From positions 44,045,809 through 44,109,808 of the forward strand of contig NC_057718.1 in assembly GCF_004010195.1 (NCBI RefSeq): a stretch of 64,000 nt of DNA. The letters are read 5' to 3'. The DNA is from Chiloscyllium plagiosum (Eukaryota). The translations under genes and the position numbers were made by a program. The notes under the pieces were generated by a model. The model had not been told where the DNA came from. It saw only the letters and a list, made by a program, of their open reading frames with translations, and did not search any database. Positions 1 through 13,901 of the stretch are shown here, piece after piece (the first letter of the stretch is position 1; every line of letters starts with the position of its first letter).

Positions 1-3000
1 CTGATGCTTATTTACACATTTCAGCTTTAGTTTCAGATTTCCAATTAAGTATTCCAATCCCATTCTCCTACTTTATTCCCATTCTCCTCAATATTCCTCC
101 TTTGCAATCAAATATTTCATTTCTCGTTTAAAGGAATTTAGGAGTGTGACATCAAGAATGATCTCTGACAGCGAAGTCCACATTTCAATCATTATACCTC
201 TCCCTCCAATCTCCCTTTTGTGCGTGATGATCAAATTTTTGTATACCCTTCCATTGACTAGTTAAAATAATCTATCATGATTTAACCTGCTATATCCTAT
301 TCCCTACTACATCCTCCTTCTGTAAGCCTTTCCTTCCCTTTGATACTGTCTTGTATATTATTTACTCTATGTTTTTATCTCTTTACTTATGTCCACCACT
401 GTTGGTCTCTTAAACTATTTTCAGTCTTTTCTTGTATGTCTCTGCCTGTCTCTTTTTTTTCCCCTCCAACCTATAAATTATTTTGGTACTATTGACATGT
501 CAGTAAATACAGTGAAGAATTACATAATTTTATGTTGTTGCTGGTAAACTGCTCATGATGCAATGAAACTTCAAAAGCTGTTAAGTCTTATTGCAGCATG
601 ACAGTGCAAAGCTGCCTGTTATGTAGCAGACAGTTTGCTACAAGGAACATCAGACACAAACAAAGTGGCCAGTTGTGAGCAAGGTAAGAATCTACTTATT
701 TCCCTTTATCACTGGTCTCACCATCTGTGCCTATACAAAATGGGTGCTCAGTTCAGCTCAGATATTCCAAAATATTATAGATACTAGCTATAGATACTAG
801 TATGTTAAAGTCCAGAGTAAGAGTGTGCAAGTTATTATGCTCATCATCTGGACCAGGATGCACTTGATATCCTAAATCAGGCCACTGCTGTGGAGAAACA
901 AGTACTTGATACACTGAAGCTGTCATATAATCAGCTGATGGTGTCCCGCATTATGCTAATATTAAAAAATGAAGGCTGATGGCCCTATTTCAGAGCATAA
1001 GTGTATTAAATGCTGATATATTGCTGTCACACTGTATAATTCCTGGGATCCTGAATATCATTTTAAATGTAAACTCTGGGTGGAATCTTACAGGAAGCTG
1101 ATTGACGTCAACCATGATGAGATATCTGACAGAGTCAGACAAGATGCCTCGCAAGGTTTATCTCAATAAAACAAGCAACTTGAACCATCTTTTATGGTTT
1201 ACCCAAGTGGCATTGCAAGATTGTTGCCAGGCAGTGGTCAGTTGCCATTTGATGGTGATTATTGCTTGTTAAAGACATTGTCAATGGCATAACTCTTACC
1301 AAACCTGCATAACAAGCTCACCATTGGGAAAATCCAACATAGAAAGCAACTACGATAACTCAGCTTGTTGCTTGCTCTGGACAATCTCTATGTTGCCTGC
1401 AACCAAACTGCAGTTCCAGGCATGATCCAAGGGCACCTTTCACCCACAGATATTGGCATGTGGCATCTGACAACTCCTCATGACTATCTTGGCACCTTTC
1501 CAGTGCACTGCCAGTATGCTCTAGAAGTACAGATGTGCACTGTAGGTGCAGCAGCCACCAGCATTAAAAGGATGCAACTTGGATACTGTGCACACAAGAG
1601 CAGGCACCCAGCTCATGGACTGGATCAGGCGACATCTTAGGGCTTGCACTCTTAGTGCCTACTAGCATGCCTGCAACATGCATGCCTTCCCTTACTTTAC
1701 CAATTAGCTCTGTTACACAGTAGGCAGCTTGCCTTGCTGCTCATCTGTCTTCAGAGTAGAGGGTGCACATGTGCAGCACCATGCTACTTCAAGTTCACAC
1801 CCGAACCAAGTGTCTGCAGTTTCTTTTAAAACCACACAGCATGTGTAGCAAACAAACAGGCACATCTCAAAGTCTTAGGGGAGTAATCCTTACTGAAGTC
1901 CATGGAGACACCTGCCAGTCAGAGGGTGTTTCAGTGGATACTCACATCCCTTACACTAATTACCCCAAGTCAGTGAATGGTCAGGGGACAGGAAGGTGTG
2001 ACTACGAGTGAGGCAGATAGAGGGATCCAGGAGGTGGTGGTGAAGGAGTCCCAGCCCTTAACCCTGCCTAACAAGTTTGAGATTCTTGCTCCCTGCATGG
2101 ATAAGAGTGGGGGTGCAGGGAGGATGAGCAAGCTGACCATGGCACTGTGTTACAGCGAGCCATTCAAGAGGCGGTAGAAAAGACAAATGTAGTTGTAATT
2201 GGGGATAGCATAGTCTGGCAAATAGACACTGTTCTCTGTAGCCAGGATTGAGAGTCTCAAAGGCTGTGTTGCCTGCCTAGTGCCTGGGTTCAGGAAATCT
2301 CATCTGGGTTGCAGAGGAACTTGGAGTGGAAGGGGAAAGATCCCAGTTGTCATGGTCCACGTAGGTTACAATGACATAGATAAGAAGTTTTGCTCAGGGA
2401 CTATGAGCAGCTAGGGCGGAAAATATAAAGCAGAACCAGAAAGGTAATGATCTCTGGATTACTAACTGAGCCACAAGTAAATTGGCATAGGGTCAACAAG
2501 ATTAGAGATAAACAAGTGTCTCAAAGATTGTTGTGGGAGAAACAGGCTTGAATTCGTGGGGAACAGGCAGCAGTTCTGTGGATGGAGGGAACTGTTCCAA
2601 TGGGGCAGGTTGCACTTGAATCAGGCTAGGTTCAGAGTCCTGGTGAATCACAAAACTAGGGCTGTGGATAGGGCTTTCAACTAAAGAGTGTGTGTATGGG
2701 TGGGGAGTCCAGGGTTCAGTTGCCTGGAAAATTATGGAAAAAGCCAGAGGGAGGAGGGCTCAGCAGAAGTTATGAAAGTTTTCAGATTAAATAATAGGAC
2801 AGAGAGGATGGAAAAGGCTTGGAATCTAACTTCAGGAACAGTAAATGAGGAGACAACAATGAGAAGAGGCCAGTCCCTGCAGGATTAGAGGTATTGTACT
2901 TAAATGCACACAATATATGAAACAAGGTAAATGAGCTCATAGCACAGATTGAAACTGGTAGGTACGATGCCACAGAGATGTGCCTGCAAGTTGATGAGGG

Positions 3001-3507
3001 CTGGGAACTAAACTTCCAAGGATACAGGTCTATACAAAGGACAGGTATGTGGGCAGAGACAATAGAGCTGCCTTATTAGTAAGAAATGAAATTAAATCAA
3101 TAGCAAAAAGTGATGTATAGTTGTAAGGCATAGAATCTGTGTGGATAGAGTTAAGAAACTTCAAAGGACAAATGACCCCAGTGGGAGTTATGTACAGGCC
3201 TCCTAACAATAATCAGGATGTCGGGAAGAATATCAATCAAGAGATAGAAAAGACATGTAGGAAAGGCACTATTCCAATAATCATGGGGAACTTCAAAAAA
3301 CATGTGGACTGGGACAGTTAGGTTGGTCACGGATCTGAAGAAAAGGAATTCTTGGAATGGATATGAGATGAGCAGCTTGTGGTAGAGCCCACTAAAAATT
3401 CTGGATTTGGTGATGTGTAATGAGGCAGACTTGATAAGGGAGTTTATGGTGAAGGAAACCTGCAGTTTGAGAGGGGGAAGCTGGAATCAGATGTAACAAT
3501 ATTACAA

Positions 3508-3660
3508 GTGGGATGTAAAGCAGGGTAAAGAGCTATGGCTGGTAGGCAGGATAGTGGAGTAGAGACAGGATAAGATCAGCCATAATCATGTTAAATTATG
3601 GAGTGGTCTCAAAGGGCTGAATTGCCTACTCCCACTCTTAATTCTTATGTTCCTATGTTT
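3508..3660 (+). mobile_element. Short CR1 3'-end fragment nested inside the larger LINE
   Basis: CR1 3'UTR wording (gatcagccat...aagggctgaattgcctactccc) and a ttcttatgttcctatgtt tail interrupt ORF2. Confidence 0.7.
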
Positions 3661-4280
3661 GTACAAAGACATGAGGGAGGAGCTGGCCAGAGCTGATTGG
3701 GAGGGGAGCTGGACAGAGAAGACAGTCGAGCAGCAATGACAGGAGTTTCTGGGGGTAATTCAGGAGGCACAGCAGAAATTCATCCTAAAGAATAAGAAAC
3801 ATAATAAGGGAGGACAAGGCAACCATGGCTGACAGGGGAAGGCAAGGACAGCGTAAAATCAAAAGAAAAAGCATACAATGTGTTGAAGATTAGTGGGAAG
3901 CTAGAGGATTGGGAAGTCTTTAAAAACCAGCAGAGGAAACTTAAAAAAACAATAAGGGGGTGGAGGGGAGAAGATGAAATATGAGAGTAAACTAGTTAGT
4001 TACACAAAAGAAGATTGCAAGAGTTGTTTCCAAATGGCCATTGACATGGTGCCTCACAGGAGACTCCTAAATAATACTCAAGCCCATGGCATTCAGGGCG
4101 TGGTACTGACATGGAGAGAGGATTGGCTGACTGTCAGAAGGCAGGAAGTAGGCATTAAGGGATTTTTCAGGATGGCAGCCAGTGGCTAGTGGAGTTCTGC
4201 AAGGGCCCATGTTGAGACCACAACTATTCACATTATACATTACCAATGTGGATGAAGAAACTGACAGCATTGTTGCTAAG

Positions 4281-4449
4281 GAGACAGTGAGGTCTGCTGA
4301 TACTGGAGATCAGAGTTGAGAGTGTGTTGCTGGAAAAGCACAGCAGTTCAGGTAGCATCAGGAATGATGAAGGGCTCTGGTCCGAAACATCAATTTTCTT
4401 GCTCCTCGGATGCTGCCTGACCTGCTGTGCTTTTCCAGCAACACGCTCT
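4281..4449. mobile_element. Short Penelope-derived fold-back insert
   Basis: Inverted arms gagagtgtgttgctggaaaagcacagcag / ctgctgtgcttttccagcaacacgctctc. 16-bp TSD cagcatt(g/a)ttgctaag at 4265-4280 and 4450-4465. Confidence 0.85.
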
Positions 4450-5643
4450 CAGCATTATTGCTAAGTTTGAAGATGATGCAAAGGTAAGTGGAGGGGTAGG
4501 TAGTGTTGAGGAAGCGGGGAGGCTGCAGAAAGACTTGGACAGGCTCAAGAGTGGACAAAGAAGTGGCAGTAGGAATATAATGTGGGAAAGTGTTAGATTG
4601 TGTACTTTGGTAGGATTATTTTCTAAATGGGAAAAGGCTTCAAAATCTGAAGCACAAAGGGACTTGGGATTCCTAGTTCAGGATTGTCTTAATGCTAGCA
4701 CACAGTTTCAGTTAATGTTTAGGAAGGCAAATGCAGTGTTACCATTCATTGCAAGAGGACTAGAATATAAGAGCAGGGATGTACTGCTGAGGCTAAGGGT
4801 CTAGTCAGACCACATTCGAAATATTATGACCAGTTTAGGGCCCTGTATCTAAGTGAGGGTGCCAGGAGGAGGTTTACAAGGGCGAAGGGAGAAGACAGGT
4901 GATTGGGGTTGAGAAACATATTAACCATAATTGATTAACTTAAAGGCCTTATTCTGCTCCTTTGTTCTGTGCATTTATGGTCTTATGGTCTTGGCGCAGT
5001 AAATCAAGGGCAGCTACTGATACCAATCCAGGTGATTGACCACTCAGGCAACCAATCAGTATTTTATTGGTCAAAGGGCCATGCCTCCACAGTCTGGAGA
5101 CCAGGTCATAGTCAGTGGTTTGGCTCCTTAGCAACCAGTAGTCAGGTAGATGTATAAGCACCCGCTAGAGGTTTGGGCAGGTCTTGACCAGGGCTAACTG
5201 ATTGTAGTGGTCACATGAGTGGTCCATGATCAATCCATTAGGTCCATCCACAGAAAATAAGAGGAAGAGGAAGTTATGTGCAGGGGGTGGGTTTGTGCAG
5301 CCACAGCTGTGAAACTGAGCGTCAGCAGGTTACTTTTTAACACTAGGGCCTTCAGGCTCTGGGACAGGGAGGAGTACAATTGTGAAGGGGGTGTCAGCAG
5401 GATATGTAAGGGGGGAATTACAGTAAAGCATGGCTGGGATGAGCGTCAGGATATCAGCCACTGTCAGGAGCACCTTGGCTTCTATTGGGGGGAAGCATGG
5501 CAAGCAGTGAATGACCACACCTAGTGTGGTCACTTCATAGGCCAGGGGCTGAGTGGGAAAGGTAGACAGGTGTTGGCACATATACACAGATTAGATAGGG
5601 ACTAGGCGAAGGGTTTAGCTAGTGGAGTTTATGGTATGGGCTC

Positions 5644-5772
5644 CTAGCAAGGGGATGTGGATGTTTGTGAGGTCTCTGGTTTACTCAGTTCTCCAGTGAA
5701 TAGGATACTTCTCCGCTGGACCACCTCATCCACCAGCACCAACAAGTCCCTTTGAAAGAATAACGGTGCCAT
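5644..5772 (-). mobile_element. Myb/SANT-like DNA-binding-domain relic, probably from a Harbinger/PIF transposon
   Basis: Reads MAPLFFQRDLLVLVDEVVQRRSILFTGELSKPETSQTSTSPC*E, resembling the APxFs..dL.vLvdeV..rr.vLF...W motif of Harbinger Myb/SANT proteins, with the Trp position as TAG. Confidence 0.5.
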
Positions 5773-6674
5773 CTTCCCCTTGTTCGTTATATTCCAAATA
5801 TGTCTGTTAGTAAGCAGGTTAGCTTTGGAATTTCAGTGGTCTGCCAGGTGCTGGCACAAATACAAGGAATACTGGCCTTTTGGTGGCTATCTACTGTTGT
5901 TTAGGGAACAGTACATGGTGAGATGATGTGGAAATCGGATATGAGATGTGGCTTAGGGTGTAGTAGGTAATTAATGCGGTGAGTTTGATAAGATATGGCA
6001 AGAAAATCCATTAGACTTCCTGGTAAAATCCTCTGTAAGGAACCCAATACAACACGGACTGAGTCAAAAAAAACATGGGACTTGTTTCTGACACTCTGTG
6101 GCGTGGTGATTTGCAGAAACATCTTTGGAGCCCAGTTGTACATTTTTGAAATTTTTCTGCTGTTGTCACATAATTTCAATTTCTTTAAAATTTTACAGTC
6201 TTGAAACTTTGCTTTTTCCCTCTCATAATTTAACAAAGATTTATTTATTTATAAGGACCAGTTATTTGAACTGATTAATTTCATTGCTAAAATAGAGTTG
6301 AGAGAAATTGCCGCTGAATGCACCGAACATTTGTACGGTCATATTCTGCAATGCAATTTCAGGGCCATCAGGTTTCAAATTATATTGGCCAAATATCACG
6401 ATCTGATTTAATGGAATTGCATTCCCAGTGGAAAGCTGAGTCTGCTGGAGTTCATTTTATAAATCACGGGCATGGTCCCCACAACGTTCTGTAAATTATG
6501 TTAAAATCACACTCTGAAAAAAAATTTGTCATGACATTTTATCTGCTAATTTAATCGATGTGTTATTTGCAGTATGACATCTCTATTCAAGTAACTGATA
6601 AAGGAATTTCATATGATATAGTAAGCAAAAATATTCGACATCACTAATACACTGTAATATTAAACATTTTTAAT

Positions 6675-7925
6675 TTTTTGTCATTCTCTTCTGGATGTGA
6701 GCATTGCTGGATGGCCAGCATTTATTGACTGACCCTAGCTGCTCTTGAGAAGGTGGTGCTACTGAACTGCCTCCTTGAATCACTGCAGACCTTGTAGGTA
6801 TATCCAGAATGCTGTTAGGGAGGGAACTCCAGTAATTAGCCCACCAACAGTAAAGAAACAGTAATGTATTTCCAAGTCAAGACAGTGAGGGGAACTTCCT
6901 GAAACTGGTGTTCCTATGTATTTGTTGTCTCTCTCCTTCAGATCAAAGTGGTTATGGGTTTGGAAGGTGCTGAAAAATGTGTTGCTGGAAAAGCGCAGCA
7001 GGTCAGGCAGCATCCAAAGAGCAGGAGAATCGACGTTTCGGGCATAAACCCTTCTTCATGCCCGAAACATTGATTCTCCTGCTCCTTGGATGCTGCCTGA
7101 CCTGCTGCGCTTTTCCAGCAACACATCTTTCAGCTCTGATCTCCAGCATCTGCAGTCCTCACTTTCTCCCAGTTTGGAAGGTGCTGTCTAGAATCTTTGG
7201 TGTATTTCTGCTGTGCATCTTGTAAATATACACTGCTACTGCAGAGCATTGGTGATTGAGGTGTTTGTGAATGTGATATCAATGAAGAAGTCTGCTTTGC
7301 TTAGATGGTGTCAAGTTTCTTGAGTGTTGTTGGAGCTGCACTCAACCAGGCATGTGGGGAGTGTTCTATTATACTCCTAGCGTTTGCCTAGTAGATGGTA
7401 GATAGATTCTGGGGAGTCAGGAGATGAGTTACTCGGTATGTACTCCTGGTTTCTGACCTGCTCTTGTAGCCACTGTTTTCATATGGTGAGTCCAGTTGAG
7501 TTTTAGGTCAATGGTAACTCTTAAGGACATTTCTATTGCGGGATTCAGTGCTGATCAAGCTATTGAATGTCAAGGGACATTGGTTAGATTGTTTCTTATT
7601 GAAGATTGTCATTGTTTGGCTTTTTTGTGGCCTTCATATTATTTGCCACTTGTCAGCCCTCGATATTGTCTAGATCATTTTGCATTGGAATATGGACTGC
7701 TTCAATGTCTGAGGAGTGTAATCATTAGCAAACATCCTCACTTTTAATCTTATGATGGAGAGAAAGATATTGATGAAGCAGCTGAAGATGGTTGTGCCTA
7801 GAACACTACCCTGAGGAAGCAGAGCCATCCTCAACCTGAGATGACTGATCTCCAACAACTACAACCATCCTAGTTTGTGTCAGGTATGACCATTGACCAG
7901 TCTTGTAGGGGTTCCTTGATACCAC
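6675..7925 (-). mobile_element. Old CR1/L2-like LINE 3' portion
   Basis: LPQGSVLGTTIFSCFIN...VRMFAND RT motif (ORF 7670-7858). The 3' end (gctgg..ggccagcatttattg) recurs at ~44330, 50860, 52380, 54920 and 56180. Confidence 0.8.
6973..7171. mobile_element. Short Penelope-derived fold-back insert
   Basis: Near-perfect palindrome (both strands translate as MCCWKSAAGQAASKEQEN). Perfect 15-bp TSD gtttggaaggtgctg at 6958-6972 and 7172-7186. Confidence 0.9.
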
Positions 7926-10900
7926 ACTTATTTTGAAATTACAACTTGCATTTATGTAATGCCTTCAATGTATAAAATGTTGCATAATTCTTTAAAGCAA
8001 CATAATCAGACATAATTGGATGCTGATATTGTACAAATCAGGAGATACTGGCTGGCATGGTCAAAACATGATCAAGTAGGGCTTTTGTCAAGGAGAGAAG
8101 AGTTGGGAAGCAGAAGGATTCAGGGAGGGATTCATGGCAGAATTTCATATAAGGGATCACAGCTAGTTTTGGGTCCAATAGTTGAACCAAGAAAGTGAAG
8201 CTATACAAAACTGCCAGACTCTGAGGAATGGAAAGTTTGTGGCAGAATATGGGCAGTTGGTGAGGTCGTGAGGGCCAGGGCCATGAATGGCTTTAAGCAT
8301 GACAAGGATAATCTTAATTCAGATGAAATGTAGGGGTTTGCCCTCCCATATTCCCTAACCTAAGCTCAATTGCAGGGTCTCTGAAAGGCTGCAGTGTCTT
8401 TTTCCGCACAGTCCCAACTAATCACAGAGGTGTGTCAGCTCTAAATTCACCTGCGAGACAAGCCAAAAGAAATAACAAAATGTGTAGAATCTCCTCGAAG
8501 GCCTGCATATGAGAGCAATTACTGAAAACTCCCAGGGTGCTTTATTTGCCCTTTGCATGATCAGTCTTGAGAATGGGCTGGCTTCTAGCATGACACATCT
8601 TTAGACTTGTGCAAAGAATTATGGAACTTCAGCTGCACTGGACATAATTTTCCCTTAAAATCCAACTATCTTTTGGATGGTTTATGCCATTTTGGGCCCA
8701 TTACGCCATTAATCTACAAAACCAAGCAGAAATCCTGTCACAAAATCTCCAGACATGCCAATTTGATTTTAACTTTTATTTTATTTTAATGACAGCTTTC
8801 TCTACAAAACATTGTCAGCCGTGATTGACTTGTATGTAAACTTGAATCAAGGAAATGTACATATTCAAACAGCAGATGCTTCTTTATAATTTGACTTGTA
8901 CTAGTGCCAGATTTAGGGGTATACGATTCCCCTGAGGATATCACTGAATACATTTACATATTTAATTAATACATTTGAAAATTATACACAATATCATCCT
9001 AAAATGTACTGCACTATATTTATCAGTAATATATTTAAATTGTAATGAAGATTTCAGTATTGTCTAATTCTTTCTTGGATTGAGGGAAGCAGTTAAAACC
9101 TTTCAAAGGGAAAATTGATTTTTCCGCTTAATGTTAAATACATTTAAATGTGACACTGATCAAAACAATGTATTCAGAGGGTCAAGCCATGAGGAAATTG
9201 AATGACTTATTTGAGTTTCTATAAAATTGGCCATAAGTACTGAAGTAAACAAAGATTTGAGATTGTATTTGTTTCTTTCTTATATTGCATAAGTTAATAC
9301 ATTCATATAGAATTCTGATGTGTACTATCTTCATTCGGTTTTGACAATTTCAAACAATCTTGCTGATGACTATTTATTCAGGGGATTTTGACCATCCTGA
9401 TCAAAATAGTATCCAGTGGAATTTTTTAATCAGTATAAAAAATATGTTTTTATACACAATTATAACCTATTATTTAAATCGACAGTAATGAATCAAAAAC
9501 GTTATATCCCAGTTCAAATTCCCTTAAAAAGGCAATAGTCTGTGCTTCAGGCAGTCTTTCTGACACACCATTCAAGGTTACACCTAGGAATTACCTCTTA
9601 CCTTCTATCCTTACTCCCTTTACAGCAATTTGAAATTGATGTAACTTCATTAGTGAATTTTCCTCCTGAGAAATAGACTCAGAATTTCATAGCCTGTCTG
9701 CTTCCATTGCTGTAACTTCAGCAGAGCTGGAATACAGGTCTCTTTTATGTATAATCAAGTTTGCTGTGATACATTAGGAAAATCAACAGCAAGGAATTGG
9801 GAGCTTCACGTGGAAATTATCAGCCAAAGGTTTTCATTTTAGCCTGGAAGGAATTTTGTGAAGGCTGGGCATGGATTTAATGTAAACTGCACTTACTAGT
9901 CCATACAGCAATTTAACATTCCCTCCCAATTGGGTTTGGGTTGGAGGAGTTCAAGGGACAATAAAAAAATCCAAGGGACAATCTGCCAGCTGCCCACATG
10001 CCTGTGCCTCCCTCTGGCAGTATTATACCAGTGGTGTGGTCAAAGTCAGGCAGCCTGCTCACAACCAGGCCAATTTAAGCTTTAAGCTTGCAACTACTTG
10101 CCATTTAAATATCTCCATCCTGCTGTCACTGGAATTTAACTAGTGGTAGGAGAAATCCCGAATGAAAAACCGAGCAGGTTTATTATTGCAGGGCTGCAGG
10201 TAGCGTACAGACCATCACTAGCAGGTCCCAAAAGCCAATTGGAAAGAACCCAAAAATTTAACCCCTAACCATCATTGGCCTTTCCTGTAATGGCCTCTCA
10301 AACCCCAGTGCCCACACTGCCATGTTGGCACCTGACAAGATCCCAAAACACTGACCAAATTCCTGATCCAAAGCTGAACACTGGATTGCAGCACTGCCCT
10401 TCTGATGCACCCCCTGCCCCCCCATCCCCTTAAGGTTTAGCCATGACAGATGGCCGTGGGACAGAGAATCCAGCCCCTTGAAGAATTCAGCCTCATATTT
10501 GACATTCAACGTTTCTGCTGGCCATTAGCTGCTGGCTGCTGGCTGCTGGACTGGGGAGAAGGTTTAAGCCAGCAGAGGATGCCAATTAGCCAGTAATAAG
10601 GGAAGGCTTGTAAATTAACAGTGGATCATGGGGAGGGTACTCACTGAACATCTTACAAGAGGAAAGGTGAGGGGGTATTTGTGACTTTCCTTATTGGTCC
10701 CAGTGCAGCATGCCTGTTCCTCTCGCTCTCATGAAGGAAATGCTTACCTTGAAGATTGTCTCTCTTGTTCATACACCCATTACATTCACAGTCAAACTAT
10801 GTCACCTCCTTATCCAAGCCTGCTTTAAAATGCAATGTGGGTTCCTTTGATGAGAAGACACCCAATTTGCATGAATTCATGTCCTCATCTGCTTTAGATG

Positions 10901-13479
10901 GACATTTCAGCTATCTGCTAATGAAAGTAGGAAACGTTCTAGCAGCTAACTAACCTGCACATACTTAATTCCATTTTCAACACTTTACAGATATGGCATG
11001 GTCAAAATCAAGTGCATAAAACCTTTCCTGACTCAACCCATGAAACACCATCAACACTTCAAACCTTACATTTCGTCCATGTTTTGCTTCTGACATGTCT
11101 CAATTAACCTATCTCTCGAATCTGTCATTTGGCTTGAATTTTCTTTTTGGCAGAGACATAGCAACAAAATGGGAGAGGCCTCAAGAATTCCCAGGCCCGT
11201 GTCTTTCTAGCATGTGTATAATTCTGCCCATTAACCCACTACTTTTTCAACTTGAACAACTTTTTGGATTTGTGCTCCTCAGCTGTGAACAGTATTGACT
11301 GCTTGGAAGCATTTCTAAAAACCTTCACTGATCTGTGCAGTAACCAGTTATTAAAATTCTTAGAAAGGACATTTCTCATTCCAAACAGGATAGAAAGGAG
11401 GCAGGACAACAAAGCAGTGGTTAAAAAAAACCTTCTTGCCTTCTCCACCTTTTGTGATTTTACACAGCATCAAACCCATGCCTATGAAGTACCTAACTCA
11501 ACTCACCTGGGCCATTATAAAACTCTGCATCTAAATTAAGCAAGTTTTTTATATTTTTCCAATACATTTCTAATGTAACAGTTCATCAAACATCTACATG
11601 GACTATTCCTAACATTATCTATTCAATTAATAAATTTCTCAAAAATGTTGTTATTTTTAGACAGAGGATATCTCGAGCTATTTTATTTTATCTCCAGCTA
11701 TTACCTTGAGTCAAAAGATATAAATAAAGATAACAAAAAGGTATTTGTACATGTAGAGATATAACTTCTCACATGTTCTTGACACAAAATGTAGGTAAGA
11801 TTGCTTGCACATGCACTGAACGTAACTGTTGAACCATATAAGCCAATTGCCAACACCAATAGTGTGTGAAGAAAGAAGGGAGAATCAGATTGTCCTTCAA
11901 TTGAGACTTGTTTACATAGTACTATGGAGACTGAGTTTCAAATATTGAGTTCCACAATGGATAGCAAGAGGTCATATTTACTCCCCTCGAGATGCTATTA
12001 CTGTATTTGTAAAGGGTGCATGAATAAATATTTACATTTTTGCCTGTGTTGCTTTTTGGGAATTATTGCCATCAAAATAAATAAATTCTGTCAGGAATCT
12101 AACCTACATGACCCACCCGCTTAACGTCTCTTATGGCAATTCTATTATTCTGTCAACCATAATAATTTTATTTGCCTGTCTTTTCAAAATTTGTTGAGAG
12201 ACCCAACTGGTAGTAACTATAACAGAAAGATTAATATTATCATGATATATATGTTTCATCTTATAGTGTACCAACCATTTTCTACAGAATGTGTATGTTT
12301 CACAATTTCCCTATAATAGGATAGATTTTCTGATGAGGTAAACACTTTGTAGAATCAGGTCTCTGACCTTGTGTGCTGTGTTTTTCTTTTGCTAGATTTT
12401 CTGATGACCTTTTCTCATGGAAATGGTGGGCCTTGACTTGCATGTGCTCAACCTGCTTCACAAGTAAAAATTATGCAAAGTATGCCCATGCTACGAACAC
12501 TAACTTTGGCATCCCATTTGAACCATAACATACAGCCACAGTCATTTCACAGCTTAAAAAAATCGCTTTGAAGATTCATTTTAAAGGTGTCTTGGTCCAG
12601 TTTGCAGCGTAGCTACTTCATATTGATGTCTGTGATTGATCAGTTCATGAGCAACTTATATTGGTTTTTGGTCATTCTTTCAAAAAAGTCTGTGGTTTTG
12701 TCTCCAACAGGGTTCAATTATATTTGTGAAGCAACTCAGTTTTTTTTTTGTTGCAGTAAATATGCTACATCAATGGAATTTGTGTTTTGTTATTGTTAGA
12801 TCTCTTATCTAGAGAGATCACCATAACTGGAAGAACGAAATTTTGCAAATTACATTTGGTTTCTGAATATTGTGGTCAACTTGATAGGAGGATGTGCATT
12901 CTTTTGGTTAGCCTATTGAATTTAAATAACTGGATGTAAAGTGCTAATTTATTAGGTCAAACCATTTGCAAGATGTGAAAAATTTGTTATTTGGCTTGAC
13001 CAGTTCATTTTCATTGTGGATTGCAGCCTCTCTATATCTCCATTAGCCACCAGAATGGTATGAGGGACCTCCACTTCCTCGTTAGCTTGCACTTTCATCC
13101 CTTTGCTCACTTAATCATTCACATCTTCCACCCCAGATGAGACCTTCTCCCATTCTTTCTTCTTCACTTTTCCATGCTTTAATACCTGCTTTAAGTCTTG
13201 TATACCCTTCATGATCACCAGCTGTGATATAAAGTCATCAACCTGAAATGACTCTTTCTCCAAAAATGCCGCTTGACATGTTGAAAATGTTTGTATCCGA
13301 ATCCCAATTGAATATTCAACTAAACTTGAATTTTGAGCTTCAGCTTTAGATACAGTTGAGAAGTTGTTTTTAAAATGCAGATGGAATTGTACTCATTAGT
13401 TTGAGTTTAAAAGTTTCACTAAATAATTTGCATAATCACAAGTGCAATATCTTCATGAACCAACACAACTGGCAAATTA

Positions 13480-13555
13480 ATTGAAGTTTAATGTTTCTTT
13501 TTCTTCTATTAACACATTGAAGTTTAATGTTTCTTTTTCTTCTATTAACACATTG
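13480..13555. repeat. Perfect 36-bp tandem duplication
   Basis: attgaagtttaatgtttctttttcttctattaacac occurs twice, followed by attg. Confidence 0.95.
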
Positions 13556-13611
13556 CAAAGTTGCCGCAGTTTTATTAATACAGTTAAAAAGAGGTTTACC
13601 AGCAAACATAA

Positions 13612-13901
13612 GTGGCGCAGTGGGTCAGTGGTTAGTGACTGCTACCTCACAGCACAAGGGTCCCAGATTCAATTCCAACCTTGGGCAACTGTCTGTGTGG
13701 AGTTTGCACATTCTCCCCGTGGTCTGTGTGGGTTTCCTTTGGGTGCTCCGGTTTCCTCCCACAATCCAAAGATGGTGAATTAGCCATGCTAAATTGCCCA
13801 TAGTGTTAGGTGCATTAGTCAGAAGGAAATGGGTCTGGGTGGGTTACTCTTCGGAGGGACATTGTGGACTGGTTGGGCCACACTGTAGGAAATCTAATCT
13901 A
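13612..13901 (+). mobile_element. HE1-type tRNA-derived SINE
   Basis: Degenerate A and B boxes, body ctgtgtggagtttgcacattctcccc, and an (AATCT)n tail. Confidence 0.9.

Larger units (their letters stand above)
1960..4880 (+). mobile_element. Decayed, internally deleted CR1-clade LINE (ORF1 SGNH esterase plus ORF2 APE endonuclease and RT fragments)
   Basis: VVVIGDSIV (~2190) and VHVGYNDI (~2355) esterase motifs; LYLNAHNI at the endonuclease start (~2895); WIELRN...VGVMYRPPN (3139); DMVPHRRLL and QGPMLRPQLF; KFEDDAK...LQKDLDRL RT pieces. Many stops. Confidence 0.9.

Noticed and set aside
597..683. AG...GTAAGA-bounded candidate exon
   Set aside because: No recognisable usherin or other protein similarity, and the donor-aligned frame contains a stop.
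6938..7225. Matching small ORFs on both strands (MCCWKSAAGQAAS...)
   Set aside because: A consequence of the palindromic Penelope-derived insert, not a gene.
13225..13295. Further degenerate Penelope termini (also about 1-45, 19600-19640 and 29600-29700)
   Set aside because: Too decayed to support a ribozyme call or define boundaries.
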